A stretch of DNA of 49,220 bases from Rhizaria sp. SCN 62-66. Its lineage: Eukaryota. The stretch covers positions 62,001 to 111,220 of the forward strand of contig MEDY01000045.1 of the NCBI GenBank assembly GCA_001724265.1. Reading direction: 5' to 3'. Below, piece by piece: positions 32,601-44,600 of this stretch. The position numbers and the translations under genes were made by a program. Under the pieces are notes generated by a model. The model was not told the DNA's origin, ran no database searches, and saw nothing but the letters and a program-made list of their open reading frames with translations. How positions within the stretch are numbered: the first letter of the stretch is position 1; every line of letters starts with the position of its first letter.

Positions 32601-35600
32601 ATCCTGTAATCCCAGCCTCTCTGTACCCGCTGCTACTCACCATGCCAACGCCAGTGCTTACGCTACCTCCTGGCACCACTCTCAGCAACACCACAGGCCC
32701 TAACGCGGCTGGCAGCGGCGTCGCCCCGGCCGCGAGCCCCGGCGCCCACGGTCCCTCCCGCACGCTGCCGCTGCCCCTCGCCCCGGCGCCGGTCCCGGGC
32801 TCCGCCGCGGCCGCCGACGCGCGCCGCCGCGCCCGTGCGCACGCCGCGGCCGCCGTGTTCGCGCACAGCCGCGGCGACGCGGCGGCCGACATCGTGCTGG
32901 GCCCCGCGCTGGCGGGCATGCTCATGGTCGGTGACGTCATCCGGCTCCAGCGCAGGCCCCCGGACTACACCAAAGTCAAGTCGCAGCGGCTTAACTTGCG
33001 CAACAAGCTGGTTGGCGAGCGCTCAAACAGCGTCAGCGGTTCCGGCGTTCCCGCTGCACTGGCGGCGGTGAGCGTGACCGGCGTCCACGGGCTCGACGAC
33101 AGCGACGCCGACGACGACGAGGGCGACGGCGACGACAGCTCGGCCAACGCCGCGTCCGGCAGAGGCGGCTTTGCTCGCACCGCCCTCGACCGCGAGCAGC
33201 GCGCGGCGCGGCGCCACACGCGCGCGCTGCCGCCGCTGTACACAGGCCCCGACTGCCTGGACGTCCAGATCACCCCGGCGTCCTTCACAGCGCCGCCCGC
33301 GGTGACGGCCGCCGCGGCCGCGATGGGCGGTGCCGTCGCGGCCGGAGCGTGGATCAGTGTTTGCGCGACATTGTACCGGCCGGTGTGGCACCAAGACGCT
33401 GCCGATAGTGACTGCGACGGCGACAGCGACGGTGAGCTCGAGCAGGAGCATGAATGTGCGTCTAAGCAAGCATCCGCAGACGGTGACAGCGCTCCGATCA
33501 CCGAGACCGCGATGGCGGCCGCGGCAGCGCGCGCTCTGGCGCAGGCCCCCGCAGCGCCCGTGCCGCTGTCGCGCGTGGCGCTGACGGCGCCGTGCTCTTG
33601 GCCCCACAGCCACACCGCGGCCGCGGCCGCCGCGCACGGCTACCCGACGCAGAGCCACCCCGCGAATGCTGGAGCTCCCGGCTTGGCAGAGGGCGCGCAA
33701 CAGCAGCAGCATCAGCCACAACAGCAAGGCGATGTTTACGACAGCGTTGGCACCTCTGCGACCGCAGCTGCGTCCACTGCGGACGACAAGAGCAATACTA
33801 GTACCGCCGCGAATGTAAGTGGGCCCGTAGGCGAGCTCATGGCCGCGGCGAGCCTGTTCCCGCCCCGCACCACTACCGAGCGCGCGTGCCCCTTCTTTTC
33901 CGTCCTGGCGGGCGCGCGGCACGTCGCGGCGATTGCGGGCGACGGCGCCGCGGCGGCCGCGCTCTCGACCTCGGCGCTGCCTCTGTTCACGGCCGCGATC
34001 GCCGGCGTTGCAGCCCGCGACAGAGCTGGCGATGGCGCGGAGACGCGCGCGGCGGTCACGGATGCACTGAACCATGTGTTTGCTGCGACGGTAAGCAACC
34101 GCAGCCGCAGCCGCCACAACGGACACGGATGCGTGCACTGCGGCAGCGGCAGCGCGCTTGCGACCGCGGCAGCAATGCAGACTCGCATGGTAGCTTGCCT
34201 GGGGCCGTTCATCCCGCCCGCGGTACCTGTGCCTGCGCCCTTTGACATCGGCGCTGGCGCTTCGTCTCAGAGTGTGTTGGGGGCGGCCGAATGGAGCGGC
34301 ATCGGCAAGCAGGACGCGTGGTGCGTTGCCGGTGTCGGCCTCGTACCTAAATCCGTGTGTGTGCCGGAGAAGGCGCAGATTGTGTCGACTCCGTTCCGTC
34401 CGCAACCCTTGCAGTCGCAGAGCGATGTCAGCGACGCCGCGCAAGCAGAGCAGTCACCGTTTTCGTTTAACTACGCGTTCAAGCCCCTGGCAGCGTTGTC
34501 TAAGGGAACGCTTGCATCGTTAGAGTCACTGACTCGTCCGGACATCGCTAATTTCTTCACAGAGAGTACTACAAGAGACACTACTATGAACACGCCCAAT
34601 ATGTATCTCAAGACCCCATCGACGAAGTCTTACTTTAGCACGCCAGCAAAGTCTCCCACCTCCGGCGCCTTGCCTTACGACGAGCCCAAGTGCCCCGCGC
34701 TCGCGTTCCCGCCCCTGGTGGCCGGCATCACCGCGCTCAACGCCGCGACCGCCGTGCCAGTGCTGTTTCTGACCCGGCTGACGGCGACGGACGAAGACAC
34801 CACCGCCGCGGCCCAGTTCCTCGAGCTCTCGATCCGCGGCCAGCACGTCGGCCGCGCGGACATGCTCGCCACGGCTGCGGCGCTGCGGCGCATCCTGGTC
34901 CGCGACCGGCAGTCGATCGCCTCTGGCCCCACGGTGTACCGCGTGCACAAGTCACGGCTCCCGCTGACCGCGCTCGCGCCTAGGGACCGCGTCGGCGCCG
35001 CAGCGTGGCTGCGCGCGGCCGCCGCGAGGAGGCGGCTGCGCAAACTAACAGCGGCAGACGCGACCAGCCACGAGATCTGTGCGTGCGTTGGCGATGCTGC
35101 GGCGCCCCGTGTACAGACGAAGAAGGTTGCGGTACGCGGTGGCGTCAGCGTCAGGTACGACCCCGAGTCTGACTCCAATACGAGCAGTGTTGAAGATTCT
35201 GACTCCGATGCTGTCTCCGAAACCGATGATGTGACTTCTGGCAAGGAGAAAGGCGCTGTTAAGCCTGCGGGTAGTTCTGACGCTGATGCGGAGGCTGCTG
35301 CTAACAAGCAGGCCGTGGCTGCATTCGCCAATCACCATGCTGACTTCCACATCACCCAGGACAATGTCGTTGCAGTGGCTGCCGTCCAAGGTAGTGAGCC
35401 TGGGCCGGACGGCGACAGCGCTGTTGTCATCCCAGCAATTTCGGGCCTCCACTTCCGCGATAGAACACCCCTGCACAGCCTAGGCGCCCCCAGAGCCGGC
35501 GCACCAAGCGGGGCGATCACGAGCAATATCAGCGGCTCTGGCGCTGGCGCTGGCACTGGTATTAATGTCGTGAGGGGTCCTGGTATGGGACTTAAGAGCG

Positions 35601-38600
35601 GCGCTCTGCTGCGTGGCGGGCCATTGGGCAGTCGCTTCCACGCGCTCCCCCGCGGCAATGCGTACGTAGACAGTGCGAACAGTGGGGCGAAACAGGATTC
35701 GGTGAGTACTCAGCAAGCAACGTCTGGTACCCTCGAAGAGATCACGCCTTTACCTGCAGGCTACCCCTTGGCATCCAAGACACCCGCTCAAGACGCAAGC
35801 AGTACCAGCGCTAGCGTCAACTCCAAAGGCATGGATGGTGCAAACGCGAAGTCTAAGAGTGGCAAATCCAAGAAATCAAGCAAAACCGCGAAGCGCCAAG
35901 CTGTCTCATCGAACTCTATCAGTGTTGCCGCAAGCACTCGCTCTTGCCCTCCCTGCTTATCGTGCTACTTGGCCGTCCACGCCCCCCTACCGCCCCCCGG
36001 CACCCACGACCCCTGGGACGCCTCGCGCCTCGGCGCGGCGCTCTTGGCCTACCTCGCTGAATACGGCGCCGCCGCGGAGACCGGGGGCACGGCGGTGTAC
36101 CACGGCGACGAGCACGCGGGCGCGACAGACAGCTTCACGGGGTTCGCCTCCGCGGTGCGGTCGCTGCCGCAGCTGACTGAGGCGATCGAGGCGGCGGTGG
36201 CCGCGGTGACGTGGACGCCGCACCTTCCTTTGCATGTGCCCGGGAGCCAATCCTGTGTCATTAGCAATGGCAACGCACTCAGTCAGTCGTCTCATAGTGG
36301 GGCTGATAGCGCTACCGCTGGCGTTGCTGGAATGGTGGCAGGGCTGGTTGAAGAGGCCTGGCTGCGGCATTCTAGGCCATTACACGCGACCCCTTACACG
36401 ACGCCGGACGCGCTCGCTCTGCTGTTTCGTCTGTCAAACCGCGAAGCTAGCATGGCAGGCACGTCCGACACCAACAGCATGCGTCGCCGTGGTGCTCGGC
36501 GTCAGCCTCGTCGGCACTCAAGCAGAGCTGGACACAGTGCAAATGCGACTGCCAGTGACTGCGAGACCAACGCAGAAGACTTGTTTGATGACGAGTGGGG
36601 GGTCGACGGCGGACTCTCTCATGTTCCGCCACTGGTGCGGCCGCTTTACACCCGCGTTCGCGTTGCTGCCGCCCCTGCTCCGACATCAACTCACACTGGG
36701 GCAGCAACATCGCAAGCGACAGCCTCAGCAACGGGTGCTTCGTCGGGAGTCATCGACTACTCATCGAGTGCGGCAGCTGCCGGTGCTGCTGCTGCGGCGG
36801 CCGCCTCGACTGTCTTGTCCGCTTCACATCATCATCATCAGCAATATCAGATGCAGTCGTCGCAGGCGCAACTGCATGGCGCATCTGATGTTAACTCCGT
36901 CAGCACGAACTTAGGCGCCGGGCACCCGGTTTACTCGAGCTCGTTTGCCTCCTCGGGCGGCAACTCTTCTGGTTCGGTCAGTGGTAGCGTTAAACACCAG
37001 AGTAAACAACGCTCGGGTCTCTTTTTTGGTCCTGGCAAGTCCACATCGACTCCGCTCATGGGCCCTGCTGTCGCGCCTCTTTCGACGTCACACAGCTACG
37101 GCATCGTGTCTGCAAACACGAGTACTACGGGCAGCTCGAACAGCAACGCTGTGAACAACGTGTTGGCGACAGGGTATAGCCCTGCTCTTGGTCCGAGCGC
37201 GTCTCCCATGCTGCAGGCAAACCAGACCGCGGCGCCCGGAAGTTTGGCCGCACTGGGTCTCCTCGTAGGTTCGCCGCATTTCGGCTCACTCAACCCAGAA
37301 AACAACAACGGTAGTAGTTCAAACGCAACTGCAATCGGTAACACGAGCCACACCACCGCTGCGAGTTCACTCCATCCGACCAGCGGATTGCCTGCGACCG
37401 GCAGCAGTGTCGGCTACGGTCCTGAACGTGGTCGGTACAGTGTAATGTCGAACTCTGTGAACGTGAATGCTCACCAAAGCATGGGCACGGGTGGCAATTT
37501 CCCTTCGAGTGTCAGTGCAGTTATTGGTGGAGGTAGCAACGCCAACAGCACAACAGCTGGTTTGTGGGCCGCGCACACGGTCGACTCTCCCGCGTTGAAC
37601 TACATGACGTCCCCCTTACAGTCGCACTTACACACGCAAGGCGGCGCTCGCTCTGGCGTCACTGACTCACCCTTCACTGGCAGCGGTTTGGCAAACAGTC
37701 AAGGCACCCCGTCGGTGCACACTCCCAGTGGCGCTGCAGGAGTGTTTCCTCCTGCGTTCGCTCTGTCAGGCGGCTTCTCGCCCGCACCCCCATCGTTCTC
37801 GCTCGCTGGCGGACCCAGCACCGGCGGGAACAACACGCCGAACCCTTACAACGTCCCGGGCACTTACAATTATAGCCACAGCATGAACAGTCCTTACACG
37901 CCGAGCTACAACTCTCCTGCTTCGATAAGCTCCGGTGGACAAAGCCACTTACTCCAGCAAGGGCCGAACTTACTCAACTCCAACGCGACCGGAACCCCTT
38001 ATGGCGTTTCCACGCCCACTGCTGCTGCAATTGCGCATAGCTTCGGTGCCATTCATGGTCCCTTCCACACTCTCGGCCACAGCCATGCGCTCGGTCAAGG
38101 CCATCACGGTCCGCACGCCCACAACAGCAGCGGCCACGAAGGCGCGACTCCGACGGCATCCGCTGTGAAGACCACGGTTACCACGGGGCAGACCAACGGC
38201 GTCGCTACGACCACGACCACGATTACGGCCCCGACGGCCGCGACCGCGGCCGCGGCCGAGTCCGCGCCGGCACCGCGACCGTCGCTGCGCCGCCGCCTAG
38301 ACGCACTTTTCTCGGTCCTGCTTCCGTCGTCACGCGTGACGCGCGCGCCGCTGGTGCCGCCGCCGTCGACGCACGCGAGTACGGCGCTGGTGACCGACAG
38401 CACGCGTTTCGTGTTCCGCTCACGGTCCTGCGTCGTCACCATGTTCGTCGTCATGTCGCCGGAGATGTGGTCGCCGCGCGCGCGCGGCGGCGGCCGCACG
38501 CTCGACTCAGCGCTCGAGGTGCTCGCGCATACGGTGAGGCAGTGGATCCGGTTCAATGCGACGCACAAGCTAACTTTAGTGTTGTGTTCACGCTCGTTTG

Positions 38601-41600
38601 TTGATGTCACTAAGACAGCAAACAATGGCGCAGCAACGTCGTCTTCGGCACCGTCCTCTTCACTCTCGTCGTTGGTGTTCCAGCACCTAAACCAGCTCCC
38701 TGCCTCGGCCCCCGTTCCCGGCTCCGTTCCACTCGACGGTGTCATCTCTGTCGATGCCTTCGGCCGATGCTACCAGGACCACTACACTGTGGCGATCTCC
38801 GGCGACGCCGTGGTGCACAGGGACCCCCGGCGGCTGCTGGCGCGCGTGCGGCCCATCATGGTCCTCTACGGGCAGCTGCTGGGGTGGACGCAGGCCCGCT
38901 TGCCCGGCACACTTTACCCACAACAGCCTGCCAAGACAGCGTCACATTTGGCGACCGCATCGCGTGTGGGCAAGGCTGGCAAGCACGAGCAGCAGCAAGA
39001 CAGCCACGACCTATCGGACATGAAGCTTGATACCTGCGGCGACCTCGTGATCTCGCGCACTGCGGCGTCGGCCCCACACTCGTGCCTGCTCGAGGCCGTC
39101 AACCTTGGCCTCTCGCTTACGGAGCTGCACGGCACGGACCGCGACCTGACCAAGTCCGGCCACCAGCTCGTCGTCGTCACCGCGGGCACGGGCCTCACCG
39201 TGGCGCCGCTTTCGCTCCTGCGCCTTACGCGCCGCCGCGTCGCAGAGGTCGGCGTCGGAGTCGACGTCATCGCACTCGCGCCGCCGCCCTTGCACCCGGC
39301 ACCCCTGGTCGCGCACATCCTCGCCGCTGAGGCGGAGCGCGTGCAGGCCTGCGGCATCGACCCGTTCTTCCGGTCCTCCGCCGAAGTCAAGTCGTATCAG
39401 GCTGAAGCTAAGCCGCCGGCCGACCTCTCGTGCGATCGCAGCGCGGTCAGTAAGAGAGTCAAGCCGCTGGCCGTCTCTCTGCTGGCGACGCCCCCGCCGC
39501 TGCACGCGCTCTCGCCGCTGCCGCGCCCGCGGCCGACCGCGGCCGCCGGCGTAGTGTACTCATCGCCGCACTGGCTCGTGACCACCTTCGCCGGCGCGGC
39601 CCCGCCCCGCGGCGCCGTCGGGCTCGGCAGCGGCGTCGGCACGGCGGGCGCGGGCGTTGGCGCCGGCGGCGACGGCGGCGTGCAGTACCCCGCCAGCATT
39701 GCCGGCGGCGGCGCGACGGCCGGCGCGGCGGCCGGTGGAGGCCCGGGGTCCAGTGCCGGCGGCGGCGCGGGCGCTGGTGGCAGCGTCGGGCCTGTGGGCG
39801 GCAGTGGCGGCGCAGAGGCCAGCGGCTTGACGTCGTTCATTGCAAGTCTCGCGCCTGCTGCGGCGCCCGCGCTCGTGGCCGCGGCTGCGCGCTGGGCTGC
39901 GCTGGCGTCGCGCGCGCCAGTAGACTCATCTAGTGTTGCAAGCTCGGCCTCGAATAGCACTGGCACAGCTGTCGGCGGTGTCAATACACCGATCGGACTG
40001 GTTAACTACTTGGCGACGTTGTCGGCTGCTGCCTCGTTCTACCAGGGCCACAGCAACACCAGTCGTGACCGCGGCAGCAGCGCGCTGCTGTCTGCGATCA
40101 CAACCATCGCGAACGCAGCGGCGGCAGCAGCGGTTGCGCCGGTGGCTGTGAAGCGTGACCCCTTGGACGGACGCCCTTACATTCTTGCGTTATGCCCCGA
40201 CGGGGCCTCGAAGGGCATCTTGAGTAGCAAGACCGTTGGTACAACCAGCGCAACTGCGAACGGTACGAGTGGTGGACTCCGTCGTGTGTACGTATCTGAG
40301 TCCGCCGTCACCACATCGGTTGACGGCAAGTCTGAATCGATTGCAGCGGCGAGCACGACCTTCAGCAAGCCCGACGCCAACAACAGCACATCGCCCGTGA
40401 CTGTGAGTGTGGTTGCTGAAGGCGGTGTCCGTGTGACTGTTACGCTTCCGCCTACGTGTCTCGAGCACAGCGCAAGCAATAACAACATTAACGCACTCAC
40501 AGCCGCAACCTTGTCCGCATCTGCGAGTAGCAGCGCTGGCTCAGGCGCGAGCACAAACGCAGCAACGGCAGCCTCTGCTGGTGGCTTCTATGTCTCATCG
40601 ACAGGTGTTCGTGTCTATAAAACGGCCTCTTCGACGGACAACGCCGCTGACGCCGCCGTCGCCTCAGTCGCCGCATCAGCCGCGACAATCAGCGCTTACG
40701 CCACTTCTGCCGCAACGGCGCTTGGTGGGCTCACCCTTGCACCCGTTGTGAGTAATTCGTACGGCTTTGTTGCAGCCGCGGCCGCCGCACAGGCAGCGCA
40801 GGCGGCCGGACTCGTCACGCGCACCGCGCCCCCGGCGGCCACCGTCGCCGCGGTCGCCGCGGAGACTGCGCGCGAGCGGGAGAAGAAGGACGAGAACGAG
40901 CGGTGCGCCGACGAGCGGGAGCAGGAGCGCGAGGAAGACATTCTGGCGCTGGCGGTTGGCAGCGAGTACGTGAGCGCCAACTGGGGCGGGTTTGATGTCT
41001 GCGCAGTGAATGCGGCTGTATACGCGTCTGCGCCTGATGTTGACGCAACTGCATATGGTCATCCCAACGCGTTTTCAGATTCGGATGCTGAGTCTGGCTC
41101 TGATAATGAGCAAATCAACGGCGACAATGATGAGCGCAAGCTTGACATCGGCGTAAACAGCAACGACCAGGCTGGTAATGCAAAAAACGTTGCTGCTGCG
41201 ACAACACCGAGTAAATCAACTACCGCTGCGAGCGCACCCGTGGTCAACGTCGCTGCTGTCGCGCTGAGCGCTGTGGCGCCCCGTGTCAGCACACTTGGCG
41301 CTTACATTCCGCCTATGCCGCCCATGGTCTCCGCACTCAACATGACGTACGACACGTTTTGTATCACCGGAGGGAGTAGCGGCTACAGTGCAGTCGGTGG
41401 GTCTGAGACTGGCTCGTTGTTTGGTGATAGGTTTGGCAACGACGACACAGTCTGTGACTTGACTGATTTGGCTCGCGAAATCTCGCCCGGTTACGCTGCT
41501 CTTGTTGGCACTTGTCAAACACAGAACATGAACACAGAAAGCAATAACATTGCGCCATCACTCCTTGGGGCTGTTGATGGCGCCGTGGACGAAGAGACCA

Positions 41601-44600
41601 AGGCTGACGATGGTGTTCCTTCCTCAACCGCGGCCGTTCTCATCAATACTGGCAACAACAGTCACGTAGCCAGTAACTTGAACAGGACTGACATCATTGT
41701 TCCTAGCTTCTCGTCAATCGACCGCACCTCACTGCAACACTCGTGGCCTCTGCTGCCGCTGTCATCCGCGTCGCTGCTCCCCGGACCCATCACCGAGGCG
41801 CGAACGTTCGCAGCCAAAGTGAAGCAGTGGCAGGTGGCCCGGCCAGGCGCCACGCCGCTCCCCGCTGCGCTGCTGACCGTCACTGCGTGCGCGCGCTCTC
41901 AGTCAAGCCACCGCTCAAGCACTGTGAGCGGTTCTGGCTCTTCATCTACTAGCGCTGTCGGCGCTGCCTTGAGTGGAAACACTGCAAGCTCGGCCGGATA
42001 TGTCGCTGTGAGCAAGTTCCTGTCGACTCTGCCCGTTGCGCGTGGCCCGCGGCCCTCGCTGGCGTACACGACGCTGCCACTCGCGACGTGGCTGGCGCTG
42101 AGGCAGTATTCGTACGCCAACCCTAGCAACATCATGAGCAGTGTCAACTCTAGCTTCAACTTGGCCAACGCGGGTAACAACGCGAATGCTTCTGCAACTG
42201 GGACTGTGCCGCCAGTGCCAGCACTTGTTAGTCTCGACGCACCAATCTTTGAGCTCATCGTCTTGACCACAAGCAGTCCTGGCGAGCCATCTTCTAGCGC
42301 GCGTGGCGTGCTGCTGCTGCATCACGCGCCGAGGCCCATGGTGCTTACCCCGGCAGCACTCGCCGAGATCCGCGATACAATCACGCACGCGCCAGCTATC
42401 GACCCGACGGAGACGGCAGGCACTGGCTCAGCTGATAAATCAAGTCGCGACGGAACCGCTTTAACATCATCATCGTCGTCGTCGCCGTTGTCCGCAGCGT
42501 CAGCACTGCCGCTGCCGCTGCCACCCGCTCTGCTTCGCACGCGCCCGCGTCGCTTCCACCAGCGGTGGTCCGCAGAGGACGCAGCCTACCTTCCGGGGCA
42601 CGACGACGAGTACGCGGTGTGCACGGAGTCGGTGGCGACCGCGGCCAAGAGGGTTGTGGCCAACCACGGGCAGCAGCGCCGTGCCAGGGCGAGGGTGAAG
42701 GTGCGCGCGGCGATGATGCTGCAACGAAGTCAAGCCGCTAAACATCAACTGCAAGGCAATGGTGACGAAGAAGAGGAGGAGGCGAGTGACGAGGAAACAG
42801 TGTTGGCTGCGAACGTTGCGTGCGAGAAAACCAAGGCTGAGGCTGCTGCAGAGGCCATAGATAACGCTACTTTCGCGGCTGTGCCGACGTTCATCACAAA
42901 CGCAACCAGGGTACTCACGCCTTCGGCAGCATCTAAGGGTGGTTCATCGAAGGAGAATGGAACGGTCACTTGGATTGAACTGTTCGATCCCTTCGCTCAC
43001 AGTTTCACAACGGCCTCAGCTTACAGCGTTCCTCTTGCTCATGGACAAACTCCCGGGCTACAGCTGCCGCAAACGCAGAACCAGCAGCCGCCCCCGCACA
43101 GTCTGCTGTTTCACCCCCGTCTCGACAGCAACCACGTGCGCTGGGCCAACATTGCTGGCTACCCTTCCGCGTCGCTGCTGCCGCCATGGCAGACGCTCTC
43201 GATGCCGGCGCTGATGCCGCTGTCGATGGCGTACACGCCCGCCAAGAGTGAGCTGCGGCGGCTCTACTTCAAGTACAACCACCAGATCCAGCTCGGCGGC
43301 TTCTCGCGCGGCGCGGCGATGCGCGCGGTGCGCGAGCTCGTGTTCCAGCGTCAAACGCAGCAGTTCCAGCTTGTGACCGCAGAGCAAGAGCCCGCCGCAG
43401 CCGCCGTAAACAGCACTGGCGCTGCCACAACCACTGTTGTTGCTGCTGCTGCGAGGAGTGCAACAGCTACAGCAGCCACAGCGACGGGCTCTGCTACGGG
43501 CATGAGTGGCCGCGCGAAGGCAGGCGTCAATGCGGACAGTATCAATAGCAACAGCAACGCCGCGTCCGTGTCTGTCGCGATCAATATGCTCGGCGGTGAC
43601 GGCGCGAATGCGACAGACAACGTCAGTCAGGGCGCGAGTTCAAGTGGCGCCGTAGCGCACTCCGAGGCAGCCACAAAGAAGCAGCAGCAACAGCACTCGT
43701 TCACGCTGGCGTCCGCGCAACAACTGCACACGATCACGTGGGACATGGAGACCAAGACGGTCGATGTCACGCGGTGGGTACAACATACTGCGGATGTTAT
43801 GAAACACCCGCTATTGCAAGCGCCATCGGCGCGGATGTTGTTCCAGCAGCCGCAAACGCTTTCAAAACACGCGTTCGCGCACTGCAAGACTGGTCAGGAT
43901 GCTCGCAGAAAGGGTAAGCGGGGCAGCAATGGCAAGAATAAGGGTGAGAAGAACGCTGTTGAAGGGGAGCTTCTTGGGACATTCAACAGTGTTTCTGCGA
44001 CGGCAGCCGCAAAGACGCTGACGAAGACGGCGACTGCTCCGACAACAGTGGCCACCGTGACAACATCATCGTCCACAACCACGACCACTACGACGCCGAA
44101 TGGCACGACCACATCCACAGTCGCCACGACCGGTGGTCCTGATTCGGCCTCACTTCCGTACACGTACAACCTCTGGAACCCTTACATTTCGAGGTACTTA
44201 CCTGTGCACCGGTCAATCCGTCCCGCAGGCTCAAAGGTGAACTGGTCGCACCAGGACCGTCTTGTCTCCGGAATCGATGAGTTCTTCAGCTCTGAGACCG
44301 CCGCGTATCGCAGGCTGCGGTACGCACTGATGCCGTGTGTGGATGAGCGCAACTATGAGCACGTTTACTCTAAGGCGATGACGCGGTGCCGTCGGCTTAC
44401 TGTGCTTGCCAACAAGGAGCGCTCGGCGGTGGTGACTGTTACGGCGGCCTCTCTTTCGGCTGATGGTTCTGCTCCTAGTGAACAAACGGCTTCTGATGAT
44501 GAGCGTTTGCCCTATTGGCAACGACTCTGTTCACTCGCGTCTACCACTTCTCGTAGCAGTACAGCTCGCCCTGGAACTTGCTCTGAATGTGGTTATGACA

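Noticed and set aside
35155-35311. CAG|GTACGA ... GCTAAC ... AAGCAG as a hidden intron in DEPDC5
   Set aside because: Lengths of 154 or 157 nt would shift the frame, there is no pyrimidine tract, and the frame is already open.
34952-38377. Intein or mobile element as the source of the large DEPDC5 insertion
   Set aside because: No His-Asn/Cys-Ser-Thr junction, endonuclease or transposase motifs, terminal repeats or target duplications were recognised.
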